DNA from: Octopus sinensis
Taxonomy: Eukaryota
Direction: 5' to 3'
NCBI RefSeq assembly: GCF_006345805.1
Contig: NC_043020.1
Coordinates: 25,048,001 to 25,112,000, forward strand
DNA: 64,000 nucleotides
Each line of letters starts with the position of its first letter. The stretch's first letter is position 1. A program made the translations under genes and the position numbers. Positions 26,901-40,499 of this stretch are shown one piece after another. A model generated the notes under the pieces. That model was not told the origin of the DNA. It was given only the letters and a program-made list of their open reading frames with translations, and ran no database searches.

Positions 26901-27435
26901 GAGATTAACAGCGGACCTTGAAGCAATCCAGAGAAGATTCACAAAGAAGATCGTCTCTTTGCAACAGCTCAGCTACTGGGAAAGGTTGAAACAGCTAAAA
27001 CTCTATCCCTGGAGAGAAGACGGGGGAGGTATGCAGTAATATGTCTGGAAGATCCTGGAAGGAATTGTGCTAAATTTTGGCATTGAAAGCTACACCAATG
27101 CCAGAACGGGACGTCACTGCATGTTGCCAAAGATCCCAACAATGCTATGACACTTCAGGACCAGTTACTGCAACAGCCTGGGTTTCAAGGGCCCACAGCT
27201 TTTTAATATTCTCCCAAAGAGTCTGAAGAACTTGTACAAAGTAGATGTAGGGGTTTTTTAAATCAAAGCTGGACCAGATGAGCCTACCCCACGGCAAAGA
27301 GGTGGAAATGGGGGTAGCTATATCAAACTCCATTCTTCATCAAGTGCCACATATTAGAGGAGGCTCCTAATAATAACAGTATAGTGCAAAACGGCGATGT
27401 ATCAGCATGGCCGCAGCTCTGAGCTGAAACTTTAA
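23940..27435 (+). mobile_element. CR1-type LINE, near full length, frameshifted, RT core deleted
   Basis: ORF1 from ATG 23946 with CCCH finger CKVYMQGKCWHGEDGKNCRFAHP; APE motifs METHL, MGDFN, SDHN; RT QHGFRPGRSC, YLDFAKAFDKLDH joined directly to GPQEILIPEPKSVRNLG; YCSQLWSP, YWERLKQLKLY; 3' tail CAGCTCTGAGCTGAAAC. Confidence 0.92.
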
Positions 27436-27581
27436 AAAACAAATATATATATATACATATATACATTTATACATATAAAAATATACATATAAATACATAT
27501 ATATACATATATATACATATATATACATATGCATACATGCATACATATAGATATATATGCATAACCTATATACACATATGC

Positions 27582-27647
<66 letters not shown>

Positions 27648-28327
27648 CTATATATATGTATAACCTATATGCATATATATGTGTTTATATATATATATGA
27701 ATGTATATATATACATATACACACACACACCCACATGCATATGATTACCAACCAATGCAAAAAAAAATGCCCGACATAGATTGGTTATTGTTCCCAGAAT
27801 ATATTCCCACGATCCCCTAGCCCCTTTCCTTTCTTCTCTCTCTCGCCTTCCCTTGGTGTATCTCTCCCTCACAGACACATATATAGACACACATACACAC
27901 ATACACACACACACTCGTCCTATCGGTCATACGCATAGACCAATATACACACCATAGTACGTGCATATATATACATATAGATTCAATAGTCTTTCGCTCT
28001 TTTAACATTTCGTAAGCGAACCGACATACGAGAACAATGAGTCGCTGTTGGTTTTAGCAATGGAACCGCCACAGATGTATGGCATTATCGTACATCTACA
28101 CCATTATCATGACAAAACGTGATTTATTGTAGAACACCGTATAGGTGCAGCACAGGTGTATATAGGTATATGAAAATACATACATATATGTATGTATATA
28201 CATATACATGCATATAAATATATATATATACTTATATACATATGTATATATAAGCATACATGTATATGTATATAGAGACATACTTACATATACATATATA
28301 TATATAATATAAATATATATATATATG

Positions 28328-28373
<46 letters not shown>

Positions 28374-28387
28374 ATATATATATATAT

Positions 28388-28421
<34 letters not shown>

Positions 28422-29083
28422 ATACTATATATATGTATAACCTATATGCATATATATGTGTTTATATATATATATGAATGTATATATATACATATACACA
28501 CACACCCACATGCATATGATTACCAACCAATGCAAAAAAAAATGCCCGACATAGATTGGTTATTGTTCCTAGAATATATTCCCACGATCCCCTAGCCCTT
28601 TCCTTTCTTCTCTCTCTCGCCTTCCCTTGGTGTATCTCTCCCTCACAGACACATATATAGACACACATACACACATACACACACACACTCGTCCTATCGG
28701 TCATACGCATAGACCAATATACACACCATAGTACGTGCATATATACATATAGATTCAATAGTCTTTCGCTCTTTTAACATTTCGTAAGCGAACCGACATA
28801 CGAGAACAATGAGTCGCTGTGGTTTTAGCAATGGAACCGCCACAGATGTATGGCATTATCGACATCTACACCATTATCATGACAAAACGTGATTATTGTA
28901 GAACACCGTATAGGTGCAGCACAGGTGTATATAGGTATATGAAAATACATACATATATGTATGGATATACATATACATGCATATTAAATATATATATATA
29001 CTTATATACATATGTATATATAAGCATACATGTATATGTATATAGAGACATACTTACATATACATATATATATATATATATAA

Positions 29084-29110
<27 letters not shown>
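27648..29110. repeat. Near-identical tandem duplication, period ~777 bp, bounded by TA microsatellites
   Basis: 27648-~28330 recurs at 28425-~29110 with only small indels. Confidence 0.9.
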
Positions 29111-29114
<4 letters not shown>

Positions 29115-29144
29115 CATATATATATATTATATATATATATATAG

Positions 29145-29190
<46 letters not shown>

Positions 29191-29291
29191 ATATATATAC
29201 ATATATACATATGTATATGTATATACATATACGTATTTGCAAACGTACACGTATGTACGGATATACATACTTATATATGTATGGATGTATA

Positions 29292-29327
<36 letters not shown>

Positions 29328-29781
29328 CATTTATATAATTACATACGTATATATGTGTGTGTATATATATATAATTTAATGTATATAAATATATATACAT
29401 ATACATATATATATTATAGATATTTAAATGTATAATTGTATAAGTATACACTTCAGTATGTGTATATATGTGGGCATACCTATATATGCTTTTATGAATA
29501 TATGTATATATATATATTGATTTTTCTTGATTCGTATTTCTGCATGCATACAAACATATATTTGTGTGTGTATAAGTGTGTGTGTGTGTGTGTGCATGCA
29601 ATATGTGTATGTATACTGGCGAGAGTATATGTTTGGGCTGCTGTGATGTATATTGCTTGCTGCGTGGCTGATATCTTTTCCATGTGGAAATCGTAAATCA
29701 TATATTGCATTGTGTTTGACTACAACCACTCCCAAATGCACACACACACACACGCACACACACACATATACATATATACAT

Positions 29782-29819
<38 letters not shown>

Positions 29820-29922
29820 ATATATTGTCTGGAATCATTTACATATATTATTATAATATATATATATATATATATATTAGTTCATAAATAGGTAGATAGA
29901 TAGGTATATATGTATACATGTC

Positions 29923-29955
<33 letters not shown>

Positions 29956-30113
29956 ATATATATACATATATATATATATATATCAATATATATTGTCTGG
30001 AATCATTTACAATATATATATATATATATATATTAGTTCATAAATAGGTAGATAGATAGGTATATATGTATACAGTACATATATATTATATATATATATA
30101 TATATATACATAA

Positions 30114-30429
30114 TATATTGTATAAAGGCATTATTACACATAAATGCCTCACACTAGGAGGGACAAAGTCATTACTACCAAAAATTATACTAATCATACC
30201 CAATGCAGTTTTTCAAAGCAAGACATTTAAAAAGAATTATGTTCTGTATCACCGTTATTTCACATACAACTTGCGTGTATGTGAAATCACGGTGATACAG
30301 AACATAATTCATTTTAAATGTCTTGCTTTGAAAACTGCATTTGGGTATGATTAGTATATTTTTGTAGTAATGACTTTGTCCCTCCTAGTGTGAGGCATTT
30401 ATGTGTAATAATGCCCTTTATACAATATA
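30114..30429. repeat. ~316-bp palindrome with 7-nt loop; the right arm plus tail recurs at ~59660-59910
   Basis: Arms 30114-30268 and 30276-30429 with about six differences, mostly in homopolymers. Confidence 0.93.
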
Positions 30430-31210
30430 GATATATTAATTTGTTCAAAAGAAAAAATTATTTTCGGATTCTTTTCTTTTATGAGGTTTTCACGCTAGCT
30501 ACCCGATAATTTCTTGTTAAGATCCCTTATTAGAGATTATCCTTAATTGTTAAAATTATCATATATATAATATATATATATATATATACATATATATATA
30601 CATATATATATATACATATTTACACATCACACATTTATACATACAATATATATAGATATATATATGTATAGATATATGCATATACACACACATATATATA
30701 TATATTTATGTATACACACACACACACAAACACACACACATACACACATATATCTATTGCATCTACAACAACTGGTATACAACAAGTCATGTATTGGTTC
30801 CAATTGTATAAACAGCGAATTCATGACAATCTAACAATCTCCGCCATTTTACATTTAGTTTAAACAATTGTCACTGCTTCATCGTTACTTCCGCTCTAAC
30901 GTTTCAACATGCCTGCCTTTAATTCAATCCCACAATTCTGTGTTTGTGTATGAGAGTGTGTTTAGCTGTGCGTGCGCTTCTCATTATATTCTGCCCTGAG
31001 TGGTACGTGCCTCAGTGTGTGTGTGACTGTGATTGTGTGTCTGTGAGTGTGCGCGCGCGCGTGCGCGTTCGAGTGTCTGTGTCTATATTGTCTATGTGTA
31101 TATGTGCGTATTTGAATGTGTCCTATCTTTTATCTCACCTCTTTTTCTCTCTCTCACCATCTTTCTCACTCTCTCTTCTCTTTCTCTCTTTCTCTCTCTA
31201 AATATATATA

Positions 31211-31257
<47 letters not shown>

Positions 31258-31612
31258 TACAGAAAGATTATGAGAGAGGAGGTAGAGGTGCGGAGAGTGA
31301 TGTAGAAAAATTGAGAGAGAGAAACAGGTCCATACTTTCAGATATATGTATAAATTTATAAATGTATATATATTATGTATACATATATATGCGTATGTAT
31401 ATATATATGTATTATTCTATGTATTAAGTCGTATATATTCCACATTATGTATTACATTAGAGCAAATATATTTTATCTATATGATATAATTATTATTTAT
31501 AACATTATAATACACACATATATACGCACGCACACACATATATAAATATATGCATATAGATACATACACACATATATACATACATGCGTACATACATACA
31601 CACGTTTACACG

Positions 31613-31670
<58 letters not shown>

Positions 31671-32564
31671 GGTGTATATATATACGTATGTACGTCTGTA
31701 TGTACGTCTGTATGTAATGTATGTATGTATTCTATCTGCTTGTTCGTTCTCAAAGGCATCTATTCGTAGTTTACTTTATAATCTCAAAGTTCTACAATAA
31801 TTAAATTGAATTCATGGTTGATTACATTCACCGACAATGAACTTATGAACATTTAAAACATAATAACCCCCTCCTCCTCCCCATCAAACATCATCAGTAT
31901 CACACTCTCTCCTCTCACCCTCACTCCGTCTCTCTGTCTCTTCCTCTCGCTTTCCCTCTTTCTCTATTTACCTTTATTTTCCTTTAAAGATTTTGAAAAT
32001 TTAAACATATATTCGGCATTGAATTCTTAGAAAACCTCGGATATAGTTTTATTAAATTTTCGAACTTAGAGTTTCTTAGGTAAACTAAAAGTAATTTCCT
32101 TCAATAATGCTCTGAGTAATGAGAATGTGATGTCACCGCAGGTTTTTCTGTTTTATATGGAAGACGGTAGGTGATCAAATCAGAGTCACGTCAAATACTA
32201 TAAACAGTTTTGAATGGTGACTTTGTGAACGAAGCAACTACAGAGGGCTTCCCCTATGCTTGACCCCTGAGGCAGAGCTGTTTTAGTTGCATAATGGGTC
32301 CCAGGGCAAATCAACGCACTGAATTCAGAACTACATATTTACTGATAACATGCCGCAATATATAAATCAGAATTGGGCCCCTAGACCTGTGAGGCCCCCG
32401 GGCAACCACCCAATGTCCCACCTGCCTTAAACAACCACTGCCCCTATGTTTGTGGAGCGTAAAGTGGGAGATAAAATCAGGACTCATGTCTCTTTGTAAT
32501 GTGATTTAGCGTATCGATGTATTCTTTTCTATTCTAGACACAATGCACAAAATTTTGGGGGTGG

Positions 32565-32912
32565 GGGCCAGTCGATTAGATCGACCCCAGTACGCAACTA
32601 GTACCTAATTTATCGATCCTGAAAGGATGAAAGACAAAGTCGACCTCGGCGGAATTTGAACTCAGAACGTAAAGACAGAGGAAATACCTATTTCTTTACT
32701 ACCCACAAGGGGCTAAACACAGAGGGGACAAACAAGGACAGACAAACGGATTAAGTCGATTATATCGACACCAGTGTGTAACTGGTACTTAATTTATAGA
32801 CCCCGAAAGGATGAAAAGCAAAGTCGACCTCGGCGGAATTTGAACTCAGAACGTAACGGCAGACGAAATACAGCTACGCATTTCGCCCGACGTGCTAACG
32901 TTTCTGCCAGCT
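32565..32912 (-). mobile_element. SINE family A, internally duplicated
   Basis: Same modules as 5139-5720. Confidence 0.88.
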
Positions 32913-33677
32913 CCTTAGTGGATTAATGTATAGATTAAGGTTGTTATCAGTTTGAAGACTTGATCTAAATGTTTGCAACTGACGGGACACAGCGAAGGTT
33001 TCCGAGAAAACAGATGGTGCGCCTTACCAGCCAACTAAAAGTTGATGCAATCAATCTGACCGCCTTCTCCATACACACATGTAGTACTTAATTCATCGGT
33101 CTCTTTTGCGGAATCACTAAGTTACGGGGACATAAGCACACCAGCATCGGTTATTAAGCAATGGTGGGGAGACAAATACAGATACACAAACACACCACAC
33201 ACACACACACACACACACACATACATACATACATACATACATACATACATACATACATACATACATACACACAATAATTGGTGCATTTGATTTTGTGAGT
33301 GAATGCACAAGTAATAATCGGATAAGCTAGAAAAAGAAGTCAACCAACATGCACATCACAAATACAAGCTGTAAGAGAAACAGTAAAAATATGCAAGACG
33401 TTTCTCAAGTTTAAAATGTGACATTGATGTTGTTACCTACATTCCAAGGATGGAGCTTTGTATCTTTGTTATAAACCAAGATCTTCAGAAGAAGAATTTA
33501 AATATTTAAAAACAGAAAATACATATATATATATATATATATATAGATCAATAAATGGTGGGGTTGTGTTGACCGCACGTGGAGAAATGATAAGTAAGGA
33601 AAAATTTTTTTTTAAATGCAGAATGCTCAAATGAAAGAAAATTTTAATAAAATTGATAAAATATATAAATATATATT

Positions 33678-36425
33678 TATTCAACCGGTTTTCGTCAATG
33701 TATGACTTGTCAAGAATATTTATGTTTTAAAAAAGTTTTTTTAAAAATTAGAAAGTGGAAAAAAAGAAAATTGCATTGTTTTTTGCAAAAGAATAATGAT
33801 AAAAATGTACAAAAATTAAAAATAAGTACTCCGATACATTGTGAGTTCGTTGTGTATCTTGAGTTTTATGATTGTTCACGAAAAAATTACCTTGAGGTAT
33901 TAAGATCCAAAGGGATTAAGAGCATGTGTGTGTGTGGTTTAATTCAGCATGTTTGCAGGACGAAGTAGTAGTAATTGTGGTTCTTCAGTTCCTGTGTTGT
34001 GAGTAAGGGGAGACAACTCTTTTGAGTTCTTCAATAAAACCAAATTATAAAATTATCATTTTAGCTTCATTTGCGTTATCTTTTTTATATAATTGCTTGT
34101 TAACTTAACTTTCAGATTTTAACACTTTATTTATATTATTTTCTAATTATATAAATCTGCACAGATAATTGCATTTCAAATTGTCATATCATTTATAATA
34201 AATGATAGTATAGTAATAACAACAATAGTAAAAATGATATTTAAAGAATATAAGTTGTAGCTTGAAGTGATGAATGCATGGTATCTTTATATATTTGTGC
34301 TAGTCCATCCATGAAGAGTGAGGTAGAGAAAGGAAGTTTGATCAACGAGGATTTTGCATATTAAGTTGTGTTTGGAATTTTTCAATAAAGAGATTCTCCT
34401 TGTTAATTCTCTCCTGTGTGGTGATCCCGTCTTTACATTGGTAGAAGGGGAATATATAGAATTTGGGGTTTAAGTCTTTAGCACATGAGTCTAAGTGGTC
34501 ACTCAGTGGAATTTGTCGGTATTCCGGGAGATTTATTTGTTCTTTATGCACTGTTACTCGTTTACGTAACGGGAGACTCGTTTGTCCAACATAATTATGT
34601 TGGCAACCAGCGCATGTGAGAACGTAGATAAGGTTCTCGGAGGAAGAGGAGAAGTTAGTCTTGATTTTAAACTTCGTACCTTGTTTGAAGGTAAATTCAG
34701 AGCCTTCAAGTAGAAAGGGACAGGTACCACAGTTTGAGCGTGCACATTTTTTTACTGTTGGGGGTGGATGTGGTGTGTGAAGTTTGGCATTTGTCAAGAG
34801 TTTTTTTAAAGATTTGTGTTGCCTTTTACATTTGAGGATTTTGTGTGTATTTATAATGTTTTTCATTTTTGACAGTAGACTAAGGTTTTGTATGATTGTG
34901 GTGTATGCTTCGATATTTTTGGGGTTGTGGGTGGAAATGTATGGAAGTATTTTGAGGTTGTGTGTAGTGTTAGGTTGGGTGGTTTTCAGTGTAGTGTTGT
35001 CGACTTCTTTGGCGCGTTTTATTCCATACTCTATAAGGGTGGAGGGATATTGACGTTGTAATAGTGTTTTTCTGAGGTCTTGAAGGCGTATTTCTCGTGT
35101 TTTTGGATCCGAGACAATGGTGCATACTCTTTTAGCTAAATTGAAAGGGATATTTGTCTTGGTGTGTTTTGGGTGGCATGAACTAAAGAGGAGGTATGTT
35201 GTGAGTCTGTAGGTTTGTGGTAGATGTCTGTTATGATTTGGTTCTTAGGTGTTTTTATAATTAGGAGATCAAGGAATGGGAGATGATGTTTGCTTAATTC
35301 CATAGTGAATTGGATGTTGGGATGTATGTTGTTTAGTATGGTTTTGAATTCCAGGAGTTTTTCATAAGGTTCTTTCCATATGATGAAACAATCATCTAAA
35401 TACCTTTTCCAGTTTTCCATTAGGTAGGTGTGGAAAACATGTCCAAATTTCTGGCTTGATATTTCATAGAGTGACAGTTCGAAGTAACCCATCATGAGGT
35501 TCGCAAGGACTGGTGCAGCCTTGGTACCCATCGCAATGCCACATTTTTGACGGTAGTGTGTGTCGTCGAAGAGAAAAAAATTGTTTGTCAGAATGAACTT
35601 GAGAGATTCTGTAATAAAAGACTTGTTAATGCGGTCAGGGAATGTCTCTGGGTGTTTTTCTAGCCAGAAGTCAATTGCCTCTATACCATACTCATGTGGG
35701 ATGTTGGTGTAGAGGTTGATGACATCAAAGGATACCAGGAGTGCCTCCTCGTTAACTGTTTTCGGGAGGTGTTTGAGCATGTCCAGATCATCCCTAATGA
35801 AACTTTTGATGTGGGTAAGGAAAGGTTTCAAAAGGATGTCTAGGAAGTTACTCAGGCGGTGTGTTTCACAGGAGGTACCAGCCACGATGGGCCTTGGTTT
35901 TAGGTCCTCCGGTGCTTTGATGTTGTTGTGGATGTCAGTGGAGAGTTTGCAGGCTTCGGTGATGTATTTGTTTTTATGGATTTTAGGAAGGCCATAAAAA
36001 AGGCTGGGCTTGCATTTGAAAATGGTGATATAATCCCTTTCTTTTTCTGTGAGTCCCTGACTGTGTTGGCGTATGAGTGTGGTGAGGTTTCTGATTGTTT
36101 TTTGCTGTTTGTAGTTGTTAATAACCTCATAGAAAATGTTATTGTTAAGCATGGAAAACACTAGGTGTTTATAAAATTCCGTGTCCATAAGGACCACAGC
36201 ACTCCCTTTGTCCGCTTCTTTGATGGTGAGGTTTTTATCCAGTTGTATGTCACGTAGGTTTTCCCATTCTTCCTTACTGAAATTGGATTTTACCTTGGTT
36301 TTGCTTGGGGTAAAGGGGAGACTCTGGATGTGTTTGCAGAAATCGTCCAGCGTTTTATTTCTCCCTTTTGGTGGTAGGAAGTTGCTTTTATTTCTGATCA
36401 ATGAATCGTCCCCGTTGTTGATATC
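33678..36425 (-). mobile_element. Penelope-like retroelement (RT + GIY-YIG), 5'-truncated at (TA)n, single frameshift
   Basis: RT and endonuclease ORFs listed below; HHR-like relic followed by AATAAA at 33678-33718. Confidence 0.92.
34342..35200 (-). CDS. PLE thumb/linker + GIY-YIG endonuclease (frame continues upstream of the annotated Met at 34866)
   Basis: YLLFSSCHPKHTKTNIPFNLAKRVCTIVS..CARSNCGTC..NLIYVLTCAGCQHNYVGQT..RVTVHKEQI..KENLFIEKF; open from ~35200 to the stop at 34342. Confidence 0.88.
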
Positions 36426-36445
36426 TGTTGATATATATATATATA

Positions 36446-36487
<42 letters not shown>

Positions 36488-36500
36488 ATACTTGATCCAC
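35136..36500 (-). CDS. PLE reverse transcriptase (real coding part ~36425-35200)
   Basis: IKEADKGSAVV, FYGLPKIHK, SFDVINLYTNIP, GIAMGTKAAP, KRYLDD, LPFLD, HKPTDS; the N-terminus of the track ORF is microsatellite. Confidence 0.92.
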
Positions 36501-37160
36501 CGGAACTCAGCTATTGCGGACAATGCCAAATTCAATATTTTGATGGCAGACCTCGTCAGAATAATGCGAAATGTGTCCCGCATGTGCGAGCCTACAGAGT
36601 TAAAAAGACACATACAACATTTCGTTCACTGCATGCAGTTCTCACGTTACAGCCATAAAGAAAGGATCAGAGTATACAAAGAAGCCATGAAGAAATTTGA
36701 TACTATCTTATGTAATGATAGGAATGGGATTTGCCCTCTCTATAGAAGCAAGTCATGGAACACTATGAAAAGGACAAAGAAGAAAATAGGCAAAGCCAGC
36801 TCTTGGTATGATAGCCACAAATATCAGAGTGTCATGTTCGTCGACACCACTCCTAGAGGTGAACTGGCGTACTGCTTTAGAAGGACCCTAAACAAACTTA
36901 AGCTAAGGATTAAAGTTGTTGAAAAGCCAGGCAACCCTATCAAATCCATAATCGGTAGAACCTACCCTTTTAGTAGAACCCCCTGTACGGATAGATACTG
37001 AAAAGTGTGTAGATTTAGCCCACAAACAAACTGTAAAGCCAGAAATGTAGTATATAGTGTACGATGTATAGAGGGACGATGCAGTAACAAGACAACGACA
37101 TATGTAGGAGAAACGGCACGAAGCATAGGAGAGCGGGTAAATGGACATATTATTTGACAA
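36490..37160 (+). pseudogene. Second PLE fragment (thumb/linker + start of GIY-YIG), different subfamily
   Basis: PLYRSKSW, SVMFVDTTPRGELA, IKVVEKPG, then C-x4-(TGA)-x2-C, NVVYSVRC, TYVGETARS..ERVNGH in one frame. Confidence 0.82.
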
Positions 37161-37391
37161 GCAAGAACTCTGGCGTTGAAGACAGTCAGCCAGCCAACCA
37201 CCAAGCCAGCCAACGAGACAGACAGACACTGCTGTGATGGTGATAATGATAAAAACAAAAATAACAATAATAAGATACTGCTGTGACTACACATAAAACA
37301 ATATCATTGATGATGATGATGATGATGGGGGTGATGGTGATGATGATAATGATGATAGTGATAATAATAGTGATGATAATAACAATAATAA

Positions 37392-40300
37392 GCCGACTAC
37401 GGCTGCTATAATGGTACGATTATAATTGTAACGGCAATGATGGCCGTCTCCCCACGAGCCAATCAAAGCTCAAAAATGATAACATTATCGTAGCACCAAA
37501 ATGTTTTTGGAAACTAAAAGGAAAACTAAATCAGTATACCAAATCGCTTGTCCTATGGTTAATCTGGAAGCGCGTCCCCCAGGGAAGAGCCAGCCTGGGA
37601 TCGAAAAGTCATCAACTGGCACAAACTCTTCTCCGAATACGGACATGGATGGTCACTTGAACGGGAAATCCCCCAACTCGAGCCCTCCAAGTTCACCACC
37701 ACAACCACCACAGAAAGAAAAATGTAAGCGGAACAAACGGACCCGAGAAGAGTATAAAGAAGTAATATACGCTTATTACTATGCATTAGGTAGGCCATCT
37801 CAAGAGAGACACACCGCAAACTCTTACAGCATATGGAGAACACGGAATCAAGACAGTAGGCCCTATTTGAACGAAAACAAATTAGCAAATGTGAGGAGGG
37901 ATATCCTTAGAAATAACAGACTCACAGACAGTGAAATAAGCGCGATCAAGCACGCAATGGAAAATGACATAAATATAAGGCACAAAGGAAATGAAGAATC
38001 AGATAAACAATATAGCCCGCCACGAGGCTTAATTGAAAGACTGCCATCTGACCAAAGTACGCAAAGGCCTGAAGATACAAGAAATTCTATTGAACCTGTT
38101 AAAGATAGCCAGGAAAACGATAAAACAACAGTAACTGAAGATCTCGCATTTGCTGAAGAACACAGAGAGTCTATGGCAGAAATGAGGCAGAAAATCCTGA
38201 ATACGCTTGAAGTTGTAAGACATACAAGTATGAATGATAGAGAACCACTTCATAAACTCTCAAATACAAACCAAAATAAAAACAAATCCAAATTGGCAAC
38301 TATGTAACAAATGAATAACACAAGAATTAAAACCTGATTTTACTGAGTTAAATGAAATTATTTACGCTTCTGCTAGGGCAATTGAAACCAGCTGTATGCC
38401 CCCGAAAAAACAAAGAAAACCAAACCTGGGAAGAAATCAAACCTGGAGAAGTAAAATTGAAAAAGAGATTGAATTTATGAGAGGGGAAATGTCAATATTA
38501 AATGAACTAATATGTGGAAATGATGTAAGATCTAAAACAGGAAGAAAGATGAAGAAAAAATTTGGATCCTCACCAAGAGAAGAACTAATATCAATAAAAG
38601 AAACGCTGAAATAAAAAGTCCAAGCAAAAGCCCAAAGAATACGAAGATTTGAGAAGAAAAACAAGTTTTACAAGCAAAATAAGCTGTTCACATCCAATGC
38701 CAAAAAATTCTACAGAGAAATAGGGAAGGAGAAAGTAACCGTTAAAGACCCCCCTCTCATGGAAGAAGTTCAAAACTTTTGGAAAAGGATTTGGAGTGAC
38801 AAGAAGACGTACAACACAAATGCAGACTGGATTATACAAACTGAAGCATCCTACCAAAATTTACAACAACAAGCATGGGAAGACATCACAATAGCAGACC
38901 TAAGAAAGGCACTCACGAAGGCCCATAATTGAAATCCCCCGTAAAGATAGGGTGCCGAATTTCTGGCTCGCATCGCTCCTATGCGCACACGGTAAGCTAG
39001 TTCAGCTGCTCAATGGAATTATGAGAGACCCAAAGAAAACACCTGAATGGTTAGCAAGTGGTATTACTTACCTACTCCCAAAGAATAACGAAACCAACCT
39101 TCCAAAAAACTATCGGCCTATAACCTGTCTATCCACCACGTATAAAATCCTAACATCTATCCTGGCGGAGAAAACATATGCATTCATGGAGAAGAACGAT
39201 ATTTTCCCCATTGAACAAAAAGGGTGCCGCCGAGGCTCTTACGGATGCAAAGATCAACTGCTAATTAATCGTATGATCCTTGAGAACTGTCACAACAAGC
39301 GCAGAAATCTCAGCTCCGCATGGATTGACTATAAAAAGGCCTTCGACAGTATACCGCATCCATGGATCTTGAGATCGCTAGACATCTTCAAAATTTCCCC
39401 TGTGATTTCAAACTTCCTGAAGCACAATATGTCGTTGTGGAATACGAATCTCCAATTATACCACTCTAATGGAGTACTTGCCTCAGAAAATATAAACATC
39501 AACTGTGGAATTTTTCAAGGTGACTCACTTTCACCTTTAATATTCTGCATAGCCCTAATACCCCTTACAAGTGAATTAAACAGAACAGGGTATGGGTATA
39601 AAATTGCCAATAAAAAAATAAGCCATCTATTTTATATGGATGAGCGAAGGTTTCATCCTGGCTGCTCAAGATCAAAGCCTATTAACCCGGAACTACCAAG
39701 CCAATGTGATGAAAAATGGAGCAGACCCAAAATGCCGATTCTGCAACGACATGATTGAAACAGTGGACCACCTAATCTCTGGATGTAAAGTCTTAGCACC
39801 AGTGGAGTATAAATTAAGACATGACAGAGTTGGCCAATATCTACACTGGCTAATAAGTAGGCATTACAATATCAAAACTGCCGACAAGTGGTATAATCAC
39901 CACCCTGAGGCTGTAACTGAAGGAGAAAATGTAACGATTCTGTGGGACTTTCCAGTACATACAGACCGAACCATCAAGGCCAATAAACCAGATATTGTTG
40001 TGAAAGACCAAAACAATAAAGTTTGCTTATTGATCGACATGAGCATCCCCTGTGATCATAATATCTCAGCGAAAGAGTTGACAAGCTCAGAAAATATAAA
40101 GACCTACTCATTGAAATTGAGAAAATGTGGCATCTCAAGGCGGTTACAATACCAGTGATCGTAGGAGCACTAGGAATGATCAAGAAGGGAACCGAAAATT
40201 ATATGAGAATGATCCCTGGCTTACCATCGCTGCAAGAAGTGCAAAAGATTGTCTTAACTGGTACATCACACGTATTGAGAAGAGCATTGTCGATGTGAGA

Positions 40301-40470
40301 ACTGTTGCTGCTCATGTATTTTAATTTAACTTTAAAAAAATTAAAAAAATTAACGAACTATTGAGTTTGGTTTAATGGCCTACCAATGTATACTATGAGT
40401 TTCTTTGCCCTAGGAGTCGGGAAGACACTCGGCAAGAAATGGAAGCAAATTTGAAGGAAGAAAAAAAAAG
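37392..40470 (+). mobile_element. R4/Dong-clade non-LTR retrotransposon (RT, CCHC, REL endonuclease), decayed, internal RT deletion, in (TAA)n
   Basis: KNYRPITCL, DYKKAFDSIPH, GIFQGDSLSP, HLFYMD fused to SEGFILAAQDQ; CRFC..HLISGC; KPDIVVKD..LIDMSIP; followed by (TAA)n. Confidence 0.92.
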
Positions 40471-40499
40471 TAGTAATAATAATAATAATAATAATAATA

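Noticed and set aside
32271-32442. Possible degenerate hAT-type MITE (ggcagagctgttttag...cttaaacaaccactgcc)
   Set aside because: The TIR match is too imperfect and there is no TSD.
37392-37500. Possible HDV-like ribozyme in the Dong 5' UTR
   Set aside because: Several short hairpins are present, but I could not build the nested P1/P2/P3/P1.1 pseudoknot by eye. An RNAMotif search would settle it.
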